This document shows positions 11,652 to 24,380 of a DNA stretch of 64,000 bases, piece after piece. The DNA comes from Schmidtea nova (taxonomy: Eukaryota), in NCBI GenBank assembly GCA_044892505.1, contig CM097884.1, positions 5,146,001-5,210,000 on the forward strand, in the 5' to 3' direction. The notes below the pieces were generated by a model that did not search any database, was not told the origin of the DNA, and saw only the letters and a list, made by a program, of their open reading frames with translations. Numbering within the stretch: the first letter of the stretch is position 1; every line of letters begins with the position of its first letter. The translations under genes and the position numbers were made by a program.

Positions 11652-13566
11652 TGTATAAATGGTGATCGGAGAAAAAGTGACACCAAATTTCACAGTGATT
11701 AATATCATTGCGTTATCAATGTGCTAAAGTGATTTTGATCGATAAATCAGACATATTTATGATATACTAAGGGACTAAAAACGTGCAGAGAACCTTTTAT
11801 CGGTCACCCTAGAACCCGTTGTGACATTCGGTCAATCATAGTTTCGGATATTTCGAAATGTAGTCGTCGGAAAAGAAGTAGTGATTGAAAGTTCACTGAA
11901 AGACTATTTAACACTTCTTAAAAATTGAAGCCTCACTTTTAGTTGACTTAGATGTAAAAGTTTCCTATAGTACCGATAGATTTGTGCTAGCCTATTTGCC
12001 TATCATTATTCAATGGAGGCTAAAGAGATCAGCTCAAATATGTTGAACAATCATAAAAAATTTTGACCAAATTTGAAACAGTTTCTAAATAAAATTAATT
12101 CATTCCATGAAAGGCACATTTACACTTTTGGTTATAAATTATATACAAAGGAAAATGTGGAACTTATCGATCTGAATAAGCATTCTTTGGGGCCGAGAAT
12201 TATATCAAAAGATTATTTCATGAAAAAGAGTGCTAATTTAAAGTCGTTATTTTTACGAGGTGACAACATGATGTGTAATATCGATGACCGGATTAATTTG
12301 TGAAATAACGTTCCAAATTACATTTATGTTTAACCACACACGTTTTCCCCGGAAACCGGTGACAATAATGTTCCATATAAAAAGAAAGATTCATTAATTA
12401 CAGACAACTAATTATAATAAAACATGTCTCGAAGAAACAAATTTTAATAGAAGTTAATCTGAAAACGAACAGGCTGAAAGTTTATCTGTTAATGAAATCA
12501 AGGATCTCCATCAGTCTTGAATATTTTGAAAGAAATCTACAAAATATTCTATTGTGAAATTGATGGAAACTCAATCGATTCTGTATATTATATAACGCAA
12601 CAGCTGCCAGATATCAAGACAATTATGACAGACATGAGCATTATTCTGAAAGCATTTTTTCGTGATTTTTTGAGCATTTTCTTAATTTCTTCAAGCTTAT
12701 TCCTAAGCGCTACGGGGAATCATTCAATAAACTACTTTATCTATGTAAATATGATAACTTTATTATCCACCAACAAGTAATTCAATGTATTTAATCTCAT
12801 AGCAAAAGCTGAGCCGGAATATATTTCCAAAATTCCTGGCACGCTGATACAAATCGTTTTGAATACAGTTATTAAATTCGATCCTAAGATAGCTCAAAAC
12901 AATCTCATAATCCTAAACTGATTGCGGATTGATGACAGACAAATGTAGATATATCTATTTAGTTGTACAAAAGATTTCAGGCTGAAATTAACTAAAGAGA
13001 TCAAAATGTCAAATGACAGTGAATGCTAGATCCACGTAAGTTAATTAAAATTAGAAATCACTAACAATAGAGAGGCATGGAAAGAAATCACAAAATTATT
13101 TCATGGGTCATTGGAAAGGATTATGCACCAAAAATGAAAGCAGTCAATACAAAAACATTAAGGTTAGTGGAAATCCGATTTTTATAAGAAACACGAAATG
13201 CCAAAAGAATATTCATCAATAGAAGACGATCAAAATCTATTATTGATAATGGAAGACATGTTGAAGTGGAAGAGGAAATGTAAGGAAATACAAATTGACG
13301 AAATAATAAATAGAATATTATTTATTGATTGAGAATATGGTACATCAGAAGATCGAACAATGGTCCCAATGTCAGTTACAATAAGGAAATATGCACATAA
13401 AATTATTAAAAACTTACGAAAAAACTGTGCGAGATACTAAAGTAAAAATATCTTTTAATAATTAAAGACTTAAAAATAATAAAAAAGCCGGTAATTTGTG
13501 TATGCTGTCATTAAATATTTCCTATTCATAAATTATTTCAGCTTTTAGATCTCCGATCATTATACG
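11652..13566 (+). mobile_element. Decayed DNA transposon of unassigned family (imperfect terminal inverted repeats)
   Basis: Left end GTATAAATGGTGATCGGAGA versus right-end reverse complement GTATAATGATCGGAGA. Interior has broken coding-like frames but no diagnostic motif was recognised. Confidence 0.3.
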
Positions 13567-13939
13567 TAGATCCATCGTAAAAAGTCAGTGCAATTTATTT
13601 CCTCGGTATTAGTTTTATTTTCATTCAAATTATCTAAATTAATATTCAAATAAAATAAAGAGAATAATTTATTAAACATCATAGTAAAATCACGATCGAA
13701 ATATCGTTAAGAAACGGAGATAGGAACAAAATTAAATTTAGAATAAATTCTAGTGTTTAAATCAATCAATAAACAAGCAAAAAACAATATAACCACCAAA
13801 ATGACTTTTAGGGCTCATTCGGGATTAGAAATTGTTTGCAGTGTTAAAATAACACCAAAAGAAGTCGTACAATGAAGTGTGAGGACAGTGAATAACTTCA
13901 AAATGTATTTAAATTATTTCTTTTTGAAAATGTGCTGGG

Positions 13940-14430
13940 AAGACAATGGATAGCATTTAAATGATTAACACCCAAGTTGAAAAGTTAAACTAAAGAACAA
14001 TGGTTAACACTAAAATTAAAAATTGAAGAAGGAAAATAAATGGCACCAGTGAAAAATTGAAGTTGAATGACAATAGATAACATCCAAAGTGAAATTTAAG
14101 CAACAGACAAGAAATAACATCAAAATTGGAAAAATGCATTATATTTCAGTTTTTAACATCTAAATTGAAAATAAGGTATATTGCAGTGAATGACAACACA
14201 AGTAAAAATTTTAGTTGTATTTATATGAAATACATTAAAAGTGGGGAAATGTGTGATATTGCAATAATAAAGATCAAAAGTGAAAATATGCGTCGTATGA
14301 CAATGGATAACATCAAAAGTGGAAAACACGAACTGTTTTAAAACGAATAACACCCGTTAAAAAATTAAGCAGAACAATGAAAAACATCCAAGGAGAAATT
14401 GAAGGAAAAGGACAATGATTAATATCTACT
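13940..14430. repeat. Degenerate minisatellite built on GACAATGGATAACATC-like motifs
   Basis: Recurrent variants gacaatggatagcatt, gaacaatggttaacac, gacaatagataacatc, gacaatggataacatc, gaacaatgaaaaacatc, gacaatgattaatatc. Confidence 0.5.
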
Positions 14431-14985
14431 GCAATATTATTTATCTTCCATCATCTATTTTTTCTATTTAATATACTAGCTATGTTTTTCCAATTAAATT
14501 TTCATGCGGTCCTTCATAAGTAAATTCGAGCTACACTTTTGCAGTTATTCTACCTACTGTATTGGTGCTGGTACTATGCTTTACTTTGTATTATTTGTGT
14601 TTTCATGAAAGCAGACAGATGTGTACACTCCAGAACAAAGACATATGACGCCATCGATGAGTCATAGTCTATCAAAATCAAGTGACCCCCTTCCGCTGGG
14701 TTACTTTTTTGTACAGCCCAATAATCTTTTTACACACATGAAGAGTCATCAAATATTATTTTGTATTTTAAGGTCATTTTAAGGACAAACCACGAGGTAA
14801 TCTTAAGGTCAAGGTTATGAAAAAGAAAAAAGAAGTGCATGAAAAAAATAATATCAAATATTAATCAAGTTAGATATTTAAATTAACTGGTGTTTTAATA
14901 ATTGATTATTTGTCACTTTATAAAATTTTACTTGAAATAAATCTATGAAAGAATTGCAGTCTCTTAAAACCGAGTTTTATTTAAC

Positions 14986-14996
14986 TGGCGACCACG
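14986..14996 (+). promoter_or_regulatory. Primer binding site TGGCGACCACG (probably tRNA-Arg)
   Basis: Overlaps the last base of the 5' LTR. The identical PBS occurs on the minus strand at 42934-42944. The tRNA identity is inferred from complementarity to a CGTGGTCGCCA 3' end. Confidence 0.7.
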
Positions 14997-17726
14997 CCGA
15001 AAATCAGAATGTCAATGCAGTTTCGAAATCAACAAATACGTTAATGGAATGCCTACCAAAATCATGCCAAGATATGCTCACGCTGAACTTCATACGATAT
15101 GATGGACGAGGATCGAAAGAAGCAGAAGAATGGCTGTTGACAAATGGACAGCGATTGTAAAGCATTTTTGATGTGTTATTAGTGGCAGAAGTTAAGACAT
15201 TGTGGGGAAACGTCAGAGAAACAGAAACCACAGATGTGAAAGCCAAAACTTGGTTTTTAAATACTTTCACAATTACGAAGTCAATAACTGACAAAATCAG
15301 AGGGTTGGCAGTTCTGGAACAGGAAGATGATGAACGTTTTGCAGCTTTTGAGATTCGATTAAGGAAAGCTTTAGCTGAAGTTATAAATTCAGGATGATCA
15401 GAAGAAGATAGTGTTCAAGATCTCATCGCAAATAAAGCACGCGATGCAAAATTGAGGGAGATATTATTGACGAAACCAGAAACAAAAATTGAAGAAACGA
15501 GATCATTGACGAAGATTTTTGAGAGTAACCAAAATGGAAATAATTAAACTGAATTTATTAAAGCAATTGGTAATAGAACATATGCCAGCGTGATTGAGGG
15601 AGGGCAAATGAGAATTCAACAGAATACTCAAGATACCAGACCTACACCATCACAAAGAAGACTATCAGAAGATCCATTTAGTCATCACAGACCAAGAAGA
15701 GACGAACATCCGATAGTATTCGAAGAAAATAACCGCGGTCGACGAGAACAATTCCCAAAAGAACAATTTTTGATAAACGTGAGAATCCAAGATGGCTCAG
15801 AAAGGAAACTGCCAACAATTTCCATGAAGGATATAGCAAGAAGAATTTATAACGAAAGTAGAGGACTACCACAAGCACCGGCTCCAAAATTAACAGTAGG
15901 TGATTGTTTTTGCTGACACAAAAGATACGACACAAAAGATATGAGTGCCCACTGCCAAATAAATGCCTGATATGTGGTAAGTAGGGATACGGATTTCGAG
16001 ATTGTTTTTCGTTACGGAAAGAGGTTCCCCGTCGATATCAAAGAATAGCGTGCAAAGAAGAAGAAGATTCCAAATCTGAAAGAAGAGATTACACCGAAAA
16101 CAGCCAAGATTTCAGAATGGCTCACAGCGATATGGAAGATAGATACAATTTTCCTGAAAAATATACTACATTGAGAGAAGACGAAAAAACATCAGCAACT
16201 CCATGGGTTTCATTTCGTCGGTGGAGTCAAGACAATAAATTATGAAAGAAGAAAAGAACGATGAAGAGACGAGGCAGAAGAAGAGATGTATCAGACGAAG
16301 GATGGAAGAAGTTGGAGTAAGAAAATGTTGAATAATACAGAAGTAGATATGTTATGGGACTCTGGAGCATCAGTAACAGTCATGAGCAAGAATTTGTGGG
16401 TGATAATAGGCAAAGCACACCTTCAACGTACTACAATATTATTGTATTTTCAACTGGATATATCGGCCAAATGGTATCAGAAGACCAAAATTATCACAGT
16501 AGTGGTTGTAAAAGAGATCAAGCCCGAATTCATAGGGGGTATTGATACAATGAAAGAGTTTGGAGTTAAGTTAGTGAAGATCAATAATGATCAATAAAGA
16601 AACCTCATACATAAACAAAATCCACACTGATGAAGAAAGAATTAATAAAACACTGATGGCGATAGCAAGTGAGGATAATAAAGACATTGAAGGAATGATC
16701 AGGAAATACGGAAAATCTTTATGGCGTCGAAATTTGATCTGGGATTTACAAATTTAGTTCGACATGAAATGCGGATAACAGAAGGCCCAATAATGCAACA
16801 TCCTCGACGTCAACCAATGCACATGGAGAAAAAGATTAAAGAACTGATAAAAGAATTAATAAAATCAAATGTTATTCAGTGTTGCAAGAGTCCTTGGAAT
16901 TCACTGTTAGTTATAGTACGGCAGAAAGATGGATCCATCAGGATGTGTGTAGACTATCGTGGATTGAATGCCATTAGAGAAAAGGAATCATTTCCTATGC
17001 CTAAAACCAAATTCTTACTAGACTGTCTTGCACATGCAAAGATATTTTCGTCAATTGATTTAGGCCAGGCGTACTATCAAATAGAGTTGGCCTCAGAAAT
17101 TCAAGAAATGACTGCATTCAGTACAAGAGAAGAACAATTTGCTTTAACAGACTACCGTTTGGCCTAGCAACAGCCCCTGCGACATTACAGAGACTGATGC
17201 ACAAATTACTAAAAGGAGTGCTTTTCAAAGGACTAGTTGTTTATTTAGATGATATTCTGATTTATGGGAAAAGTCAAAAAGACCACGATGAGCTACTAGG
17301 GGAAATATTTAGAAGAATTCAATGGCAGGACTGAAGATAAGTCCAGAAAAATGCGAATTCAATAAAACAGAATTGTGTTTTCTTGGGCACACAGTTAACG
17401 AGAAGGGTATTCAGACAAACAGAAAGAAAGTTGAAGAGATCGAGAAAGCAGAAATACCAAAATGTTCAAAGCGATTAAGATCGTTTCTCGGATTAAGGAA
17501 CTACTATAGAAGATCAATTAAAGACTGCCAAAATTGCAGAACCACTATATGCCGCAACATCTGGATGCGATAAAGATATAATTTGGACTAAAGAATGCAA
17601 TGAGAGTTTCCAAACACTGAAGGAACGGTGCAGTTTTGAGCCAACTTAAAGAATAAGGAGAAGAATCTGTTATAGCTTATGGTTCGAGACATATGCATCA
17701 CATGAAAAGGGTTACTGTGTAACCAG

Positions 17727-18626
17727 TGTTAGGGATGGACCTTATGTCCTAATTATAATTCAACTTTAGGAATAAAATACACTAAATAGTTAGAATAAAA
17801 AATAGAAATATAAAATTACTAAAATTAGGGAAAATATTTAAATAATAAAAATATAATATAAATAGAATTTTATAGTAACTAAAAATAAAATAAATAAAAA
17901 TTTAGCAATTTAAAATTATTAATATTGTTTTAATATATTATTTTAATATAAATAAGGTCAGCAAGACCAGTGGCGGATATTATAAAAATATTTGATTGAC
18001 ATTTAAGTGATTCTGACATTTAACAAACAAGGTATATTACTTGTGTTTGTATTTTGTGAAGGGAATAAATCGAAGGGAATAAATCGATAGAAATCGCCTA
18101 TAAAAAGAAAAGAAAATTCAACAAGGAGAGACGAAAAAACAGAGTGGAGTTCAAGAAATTATCCAGCGATTTTATAAAGCCAACCAAGTGTTAGTACTTG
18201 TGTCGGATCTTGGAATTCAAGAAGCTTTGTAAAGCTATTAAGAAGATATTTAAAAGCTCCTAGCAGCAGTAAGCATCTATTGCGTTTGTTATTTTAAATA
18301 GTTTAAAATTAAAAGTAAGCCAACAGTTTGACTTGTTGTGTTTACTGGGGTTGTGCCTAATTTACTCTTACTTACCCTTCTGTTTAATCCAAACGGTGTG
18401 AGCTTATAGTACCACCGGTTTCTTTTTCTCTTAGCGGAATTTAATACCATTTTGTTGTAACGCTTTTCAAATTTGTACACATCACAAAAATTAATTAAAG
18501 ATATTAATTGAACACAACCTTTTTGATAATTATTGATATTCATATACTTATTTGTTTACTTAATTATTTATTTAAATAATTATTATTTTTGGAGTCAGAC
18601 CTGTGTTAAGGTCGAGATATCCCCAA

Positions 18627-18712
<86 letters not shown>

Positions 18713-18724
18713 ACTATCTTAACA
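17727..18724. mobile_element. Solo LTR (998 bp) inserted in the gypsy RNase H
   Basis: TGTTAG...CTTAACA termini with 4-bp TSD CCAG (17723-17726, 18725-18728). Removing it restores the codons C-V-T-R-K-E. It contains a (TA)n tract and a GGAGTCAGA motif near its end. Confidence 0.8.
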
Positions 18725-19043
18725 CCAGGAAAGAACTGCTCTCTGTACATGAGTATGTCATACATTTTAGAGAATATCTTTACAGAAAGAAATTCATAAT
18801 TCGCACAGACCACAAAGCATTGGTTTTCATGAACACTACAAAAACACCAATCAGTCCCAGTTTCAAACATGGTTAGCTAACCTGTCTGAATATGATTTTG
18901 AACTAAAATATCGGAAAGGTGAAGAACATTTGAATGCAGATGGGCTATCAAGATTAAAAAGTATGATTTATTCCCAGTGTCAAACAAGACATGAAGATGC
19001 CAAGGAAGGAAAGTCAAAAATCACACATATATATATATATATA

Positions 19044-20023
19044 TGTAAAGTATGTTATTATATGTAAATACGACGCAGTATCTTGTGTGTGAAGAAATGT
19101 TGTAGTGCCCGAGAGAGTCTTGCGGTAATTGTGTGCAGACACTCGGGGTGTATGCTATGCTATGCGTAAACACTATAAACAAAATGATACGTTATTATAA
19201 AAATTTATTATTTGAATTATTTAACTCTAACACAAAAATCACAATGCAATTATTTTGTGAACTGTCGGATCACAAAACGATCAATAGATTGTTCGGTTTC
19301 TACTTTATATTTGATAGTTTATTGCGATAGGATTGTGTGATGATAGTTGTGGTTGTTGTAGATTTTTGTATTAGATTTTTGTGAACGATCTGACCCCAAA
19401 TCGAACAATAATTTGGTTAGCTTTTGCTTTAATATCAGATTGAATTCGCAAACCGAACAATAAATTGTTTAGTTTTTGCTTTAATATCGGATTAGGATAT
19501 TTGATAGTTTATTGCGAAGGGATGGTAGGATGATAGTTGTTGTTGTGGTATCAATCTTTACTGTGATTCTTTTATTTGGATTTAGTAAAAGATCTGAGGT
19601 CTTTTAATTGATATTCTGTACCAGCGTAGATCCTGAGTTAATTTAGTTTTAGGATTTGTTTGCAAATTTCAGTAATTCCCCGATGTAGCCAAGTGAATTA
19701 GTTTTTTAATTCTTTGTTCGTTGACAGGATAATTTAATATTTTATCTTTTTTAAAAAATCAATTTTTTAATTTCAAATCTTCTATTGTCTTTTTTTTATT
19801 TCCATGCAATTTCTATAGTTTACGGGTTTCCTATAGAAATTGCTTATTCGATTTTACTTTAAATTTTATTTGAATATTAATTATTGCCATTTTCATGCCA
19901 CAATAAATATAATAAACATAGGGGGGAAACCACACAAGGGGGAACCCAAAATCAAAGCGATTTAAAACATTATGACAAATATAAATAATAATCAAGATAA
20001 AAACAATAATAAAATACGACATT

Positions 20024-20027
<4 letters not shown>
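19044..20027. mobile_element. Solo LTR-like insertion (984 bp) flanked by (TA)n
   Basis: TGTAAAG...TTAACA termini. Gypsy pol frame stops at ~19025 and resumes at ~20056. Internal direct repeats at 19300-19540. Confidence 0.7.
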
Positions 20028-20058
<31 letters not shown>

Positions 20059-21782
20059 CCAAAGAACAGAAGCTATCGAAAAAGTATTGAAGCAACAGCA
20101 GAAGAACATTAGGTTTCGATAGTTACGAGAGATATAAGAAAATGGATGCGCACGGGATAAAAAGAATTGTTTCCCATTTAACGTAAAAAATACACGAATT
20201 GATGGAGGATTAATAACAGTAGAAAAGAACGAAAATATTTTGATGTTAGTTCCAGAAACCTTTGTAAGCTTATTAACAACAACCCTACATAAAGAATTAT
20301 GTCATATTGGAGTTAAGAAACTATTCTAATATATGGAAAAGATATTTAATTGGCCGAAGATGAAAGAAACAATTCAGCTCTGTTTACAATGTTGCGATAT
20401 TTGCTCCAAGAGAAAGATTGATCAAACAAGAACCAAAGAAATATTTATCCCTAGATGTAGTTCTCAATTCCTAGAACAGATTGTTATGGATGTGGCCTAC
20501 ATGAAGAGAAACACTATTAAAAAAATATGTTAGTAATGGTGGACCGGTTTAGTTAATTGATTTCTTTGACCGCAATCACGAAGCAAAACGAAGGAACAAT
20601 TTTCAAAACGATACTTAACAGTTGGATCTATCGATTAGGAAAACCAAAGAGCATTTTAACAGATAGAGGACGCAATTTTGAAGGGAATTTTCTAAGACAG
20701 ACTACAGAAACTTGGAATCAAACAAGAATTCAGCTCACCTTACCAGCACCAATCAAATGAATTAGCCGAACGAGCCATACGAACGGTAAGAGATTTTATT
20801 ACAGTGACATTGGCAGGTGGATGTGAAGAAAGAAACTGGCATGAACTTCTACCTAGAATAGAGTTCAGTATAAATAGCAGCCGACAGAGTGCTACAGGTC
20901 TATCACCATTTGAGATAATTTATGGACGGAGTGTTAACCTACATTCAAACCTGAAACAAGCAGATATATCAAGAAGCGAATGGATAGAAGACGCAAGATA
21001 CAACTCGAGTAAAGCCGCAGACACTATGAGAGCTATTGATAAGGCAAAGAGAGGCACTCGTGTTTTTGAGGTGGGGGAGGAGGTACTCGTACGCAAAGAA
21101 TCGCAGAACAGACACAAGGATGGTATACAGTAAGATGGACCATATAAAATCATGAGATTTCTATCACCTCATCGAGTTAAACTACATTCGCAAGAAGGAA
21201 CGAAAGATAGAAGAATCGAGTGGCTGAAGAAGTGGAAAAGTTCTTAAGAAGGGGAGAGTTAGATATTTAAATTAACTGGTGCTTTAATAATTGATTATTT
21301 GGCACTTTTTATAAAATTTTAATTGAAATAAATCTATGAAAGAATTGCAGTCTCTTAAAACCGAGTTTGATTTAACTAATCATAATTATCTTTTTGTTTC
21401 ACCTTTAATCTTCGCAGTCCCTCCGATTTAAATTAAAAATTTTAATTTTGTTTAAATAAAAAAATTAAAATAAGATGAGTTTTTCAAATTTGTAATTAAA
21501 TAAATATATTAATTAATACTAGTAGCAACAGTAAAACGCCTTTCAACCAGGCCAATTCGCCCAACAATTCAAATTACTATTCCATCAAATATTTCTACCC
21601 AATTTCAAATTCAAATCCAAATTTTATAATATGCCTTGTCGTATTCAATAAAATTCAATCCATATTTGGTTTATTTTTCAATCATTAGCTTGCTATGTGT
21701 ATAGCTTCTATACGACAATATTTTTTAAATATTAATATTGCTGGTCTGTTGGCATAGATATTTCAACTGAGATTTCATTTGA

Positions 21783-23160
21783 TGTTATTATTAGGGCAAT
21801 CTCACCAACATAAAAATATTCAACCCGCTGATACCCATGATGTGTCCCTAATTACTCATCATGTTGGTAATGTATCTAGCGTTGTAGAATGATGAGGCAG
21901 GTGAGCAGCCTCGCGGCTACTATTCCCTCATTTATCTACGGGTCCACCACTGCTAGATAGGAAGCATGTGTGGTTTTATTTCGGTCCCAATTTATTAATA
22001 CGAGTTTAGTTACGTCTAGGGTTTATCTATTATCGTTTTTCCCTGGTCCCATTCAAATGAATTGTGTAAAGTTTATTATACCAACATTCCTTTATTTCTC
22101 ATACATCATAAGTAAAATCACGAGACGAAACCCTTAACTCAGTAACGTTTATTTAATTTAGAAAAACATCCGTATTGATGACGTTGAGGAGTTGTCTTTC
22201 CGTTAATCCAATCAGGAGATCGACCTCGATTCCGAGTCTCTCTGCATATGCCCTCCTTTCGCGGCGTCGTTTCACTCCTAAGCGATTTCTCCTTTTCGTA
22301 CGTGACGACCCTTCCGGTTTAGGTGCTGTGTTTGGCATTTCTCTAATAGGAGAGAAGTTTTCCTCTGTCTGAGTTTTACTATTCGTACACGTTGACGCCA
22401 CCCAACGATTAAAGGTACTGACGCGTATCAAGGGCCGTAATTGTTGTTCAACAAAATCTCGGGTCGATACTCGTAAATAATTATTTAACTCTAGCCGGAC
22501 TGCGGCGGTTTCTCTAGCTTGTTCCTCTAGAGCTCTCTCTGTCCTATATCGGTGTTGTTGAATATCCTTGACTCTTTCGGGGTGGAACCAGGTTGTCTTT
22601 AACATGTTTATTTCTGATTCCTGGCGCTTCAAATGACTTTCCAATACCTTCACTCGTTTCTATAGTAGGTGATTCTCGTTGGCGTTCGCGTTACCCGTAC
22701 TTTTATCCATCTAAAATTATAGTATTTGTAGATATTCGTCTATGACAGTTACGGTAAACGACCAATTCTCGTGTACCCTCGATTTAACCTCAATTACATT
22801 TAATTATTCAGATCTCATTTTTATTCCACTCCAGTCATTCGAACACTCATACAACATTCATCCCTCAACATTTAAAACTCGTGAAGTCAACAACTAATTT
22901 ATTTTCCGATGGCACCAGTATATCACACGTGTCTTTATATAGATTTGATCAGAACTCGACCCATTCCTGGTCGCACTCTCTATCCGCCTTCCGAGTACCA
23001 TCTGTTTCGAAATATTCGGAGCATGGTGTCCAACATAATTTTTCACTATAGATGAAAATTTCCCATAACCGTGTCTCTGGTATCCACTGATCTTGATCCA
23101 TGTTCATGTTTCCCGGCGAGTTCGAATAAGGACGTAATTTTTATTCGCGTTTTTTTTGCG
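21783..23160 (-). mobile_element. 3' fragment of an LTR retrotransposon (accessory ORF + PPT + ~304-bp LTR)
   Basis: On the minus strand a purine tract GAGAAATAAAGGAA precedes TGTTGG (22086) ... ATAACA (21783). The upstream region is GC-richer and coding-like; the distal boundary is approximate. Confidence 0.5.
22153..22710 (-). pseudogene. Accessory ORF of LTR element: coiled-coil protein with Arg-rich tail, one internal stop
   Basis: ATG at 22710 (MDKSTGNANANENHLL*KRVKVLE...) continues in frame into the 166-aa tracked ORF ending RTKRRNRLGVKRRRERRAYAERL... Confidence 0.5.
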
Positions 23161-23318
23161 TGGTTCACCTACTTGCTTTTTGATAAGTTTCTATTTCTAT
23201 TGTATTTTTATTTGCGCTTCGCTGCGTTTAGATTAATCATTTGTTTTGTGGTGATTCATTTTTAATTTGTTGTTTATTTTCACTGTTTATTTCAAGATAC
23301 TTTACTTATATTGCTTGG

Positions 23319-23391
23319 CCCAACAATATCAATAATTCCCATAATGGTAAGAGAAGATCAAAAAAGTTTTTAAACAAGTACACAATATTTC
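23319..23391 (-). repeat. Fragment of the Penelope-like pseudo-LTR family
   Basis: aatatcaataattcccataatggtaa..gatcaa..aaacaagtacacaatattt matches 46690-46755 and the reverse complement of 58985-59050. Confidence 0.65.
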
Positions 23392-24350
23392 AAAATATCA
23401 AATATTTAGAAAAATAAATGAATTATTTTTAAAATTAACTTTAATGAGGAAAAATGATTATTCAATTATTAAAATAAGCATGCACATAAAATTCTAAACT
23501 TTTTTATAATGTATTTAATTCACATTGTAAACAGAATGCGTGGGCGTAACATTGAAAATCAGTATAAGCAATATGCTGAAAATCAGATTATAAAAAACTC
23601 CTTGCTAACAGTCTTTGGTTAAAATTTTCTAATTACTCGCTCATCAGCCTACATCAGTTTACTATAATTACTCATTCTAGCGGATTATTTTGTAGAAGAT
23701 TGATCATTGTAAACTAAAACAAATAGGTTTTTTTTTGTGTAATTGTGAACGTCTATTTGTAATCTTTAATAAATATTTGAAGTGATATTTTTTTTGTTTA
23801 TTATTTTGTTAATTTGAATAATTCTCTAACTCAAATGATTTAAATTGAGTAAAACAGAGTTTTTTAAAAATGTTAAAAATATTTATGTGATGAAAAAAAT
23901 GTCATTTATGAAAATTACTTATACTAGAGATAAAATTGCTATTAATTTTAATGTGCTGTTAAAATCCAACTTGCATCAGTAAAAAAGGAAAATATTGTGA
24001 ATAACAATTCTAAAAAAAATACTCAAAAATTCGAAATGCCAAAACAGATTAAACCCAGTTACGGTAACAAAAGATGTAATACGTTAGGTGACCATCAATA
24101 TTATAGAATATACTATATTCAATATACAGTGTATATGACGACAAGCAATCACTAACAAAAATTTCATGAATACAAACTTAAGAAAATATTAATTTTAATT
24201 TAAAAGATAAAAATACTTATTTCATTCTTAAATTAACATGGCAAAAAAATATTCGTCGAAAAGACATAAATGAATACCAATTAGAAAATATTTGCTCGGA
24301 CAAAATGAATACCTGTAAATTTCTTGCCAATTTCATTTTTTAGTGTCAAA

Positions 24351-24380
24351 CTAGAAAATAAACCCCGTCTTGTCGGGGTG
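24351..24380 (-). mobile_element. Helitron 3' end (GC hairpin + CTAG)
   Basis: Minus strand reads ACCCCGACAAGACGGGGT-TTATTTT-CTAG|T. Confidence 0.55.

Larger units (their letters stand above)
14868..21377 (+). mobile_element. Full-length decayed Ty3/gypsy retrotransposon with short AG..CT LTRs and two nested solo LTRs
   Basis: LTRs at 14868-14986 and 21257-21377 (AGTTA...TAACT); 5-bp TSD AATCA (14863-14867, 21378-21382); PBS TGGCGACCACG; PPT AAGAAGGGGAG; protease WDSGA, RT YLDD (~17244), RNase H GYCVTRKELL, integrase with GPY motif. Confidence 0.93.

Noticed and set aside
23620-23650. CTGATGAG..GAAA on the minus strand as a hammerhead
   Set aside because: No stem II can form between the core halves.
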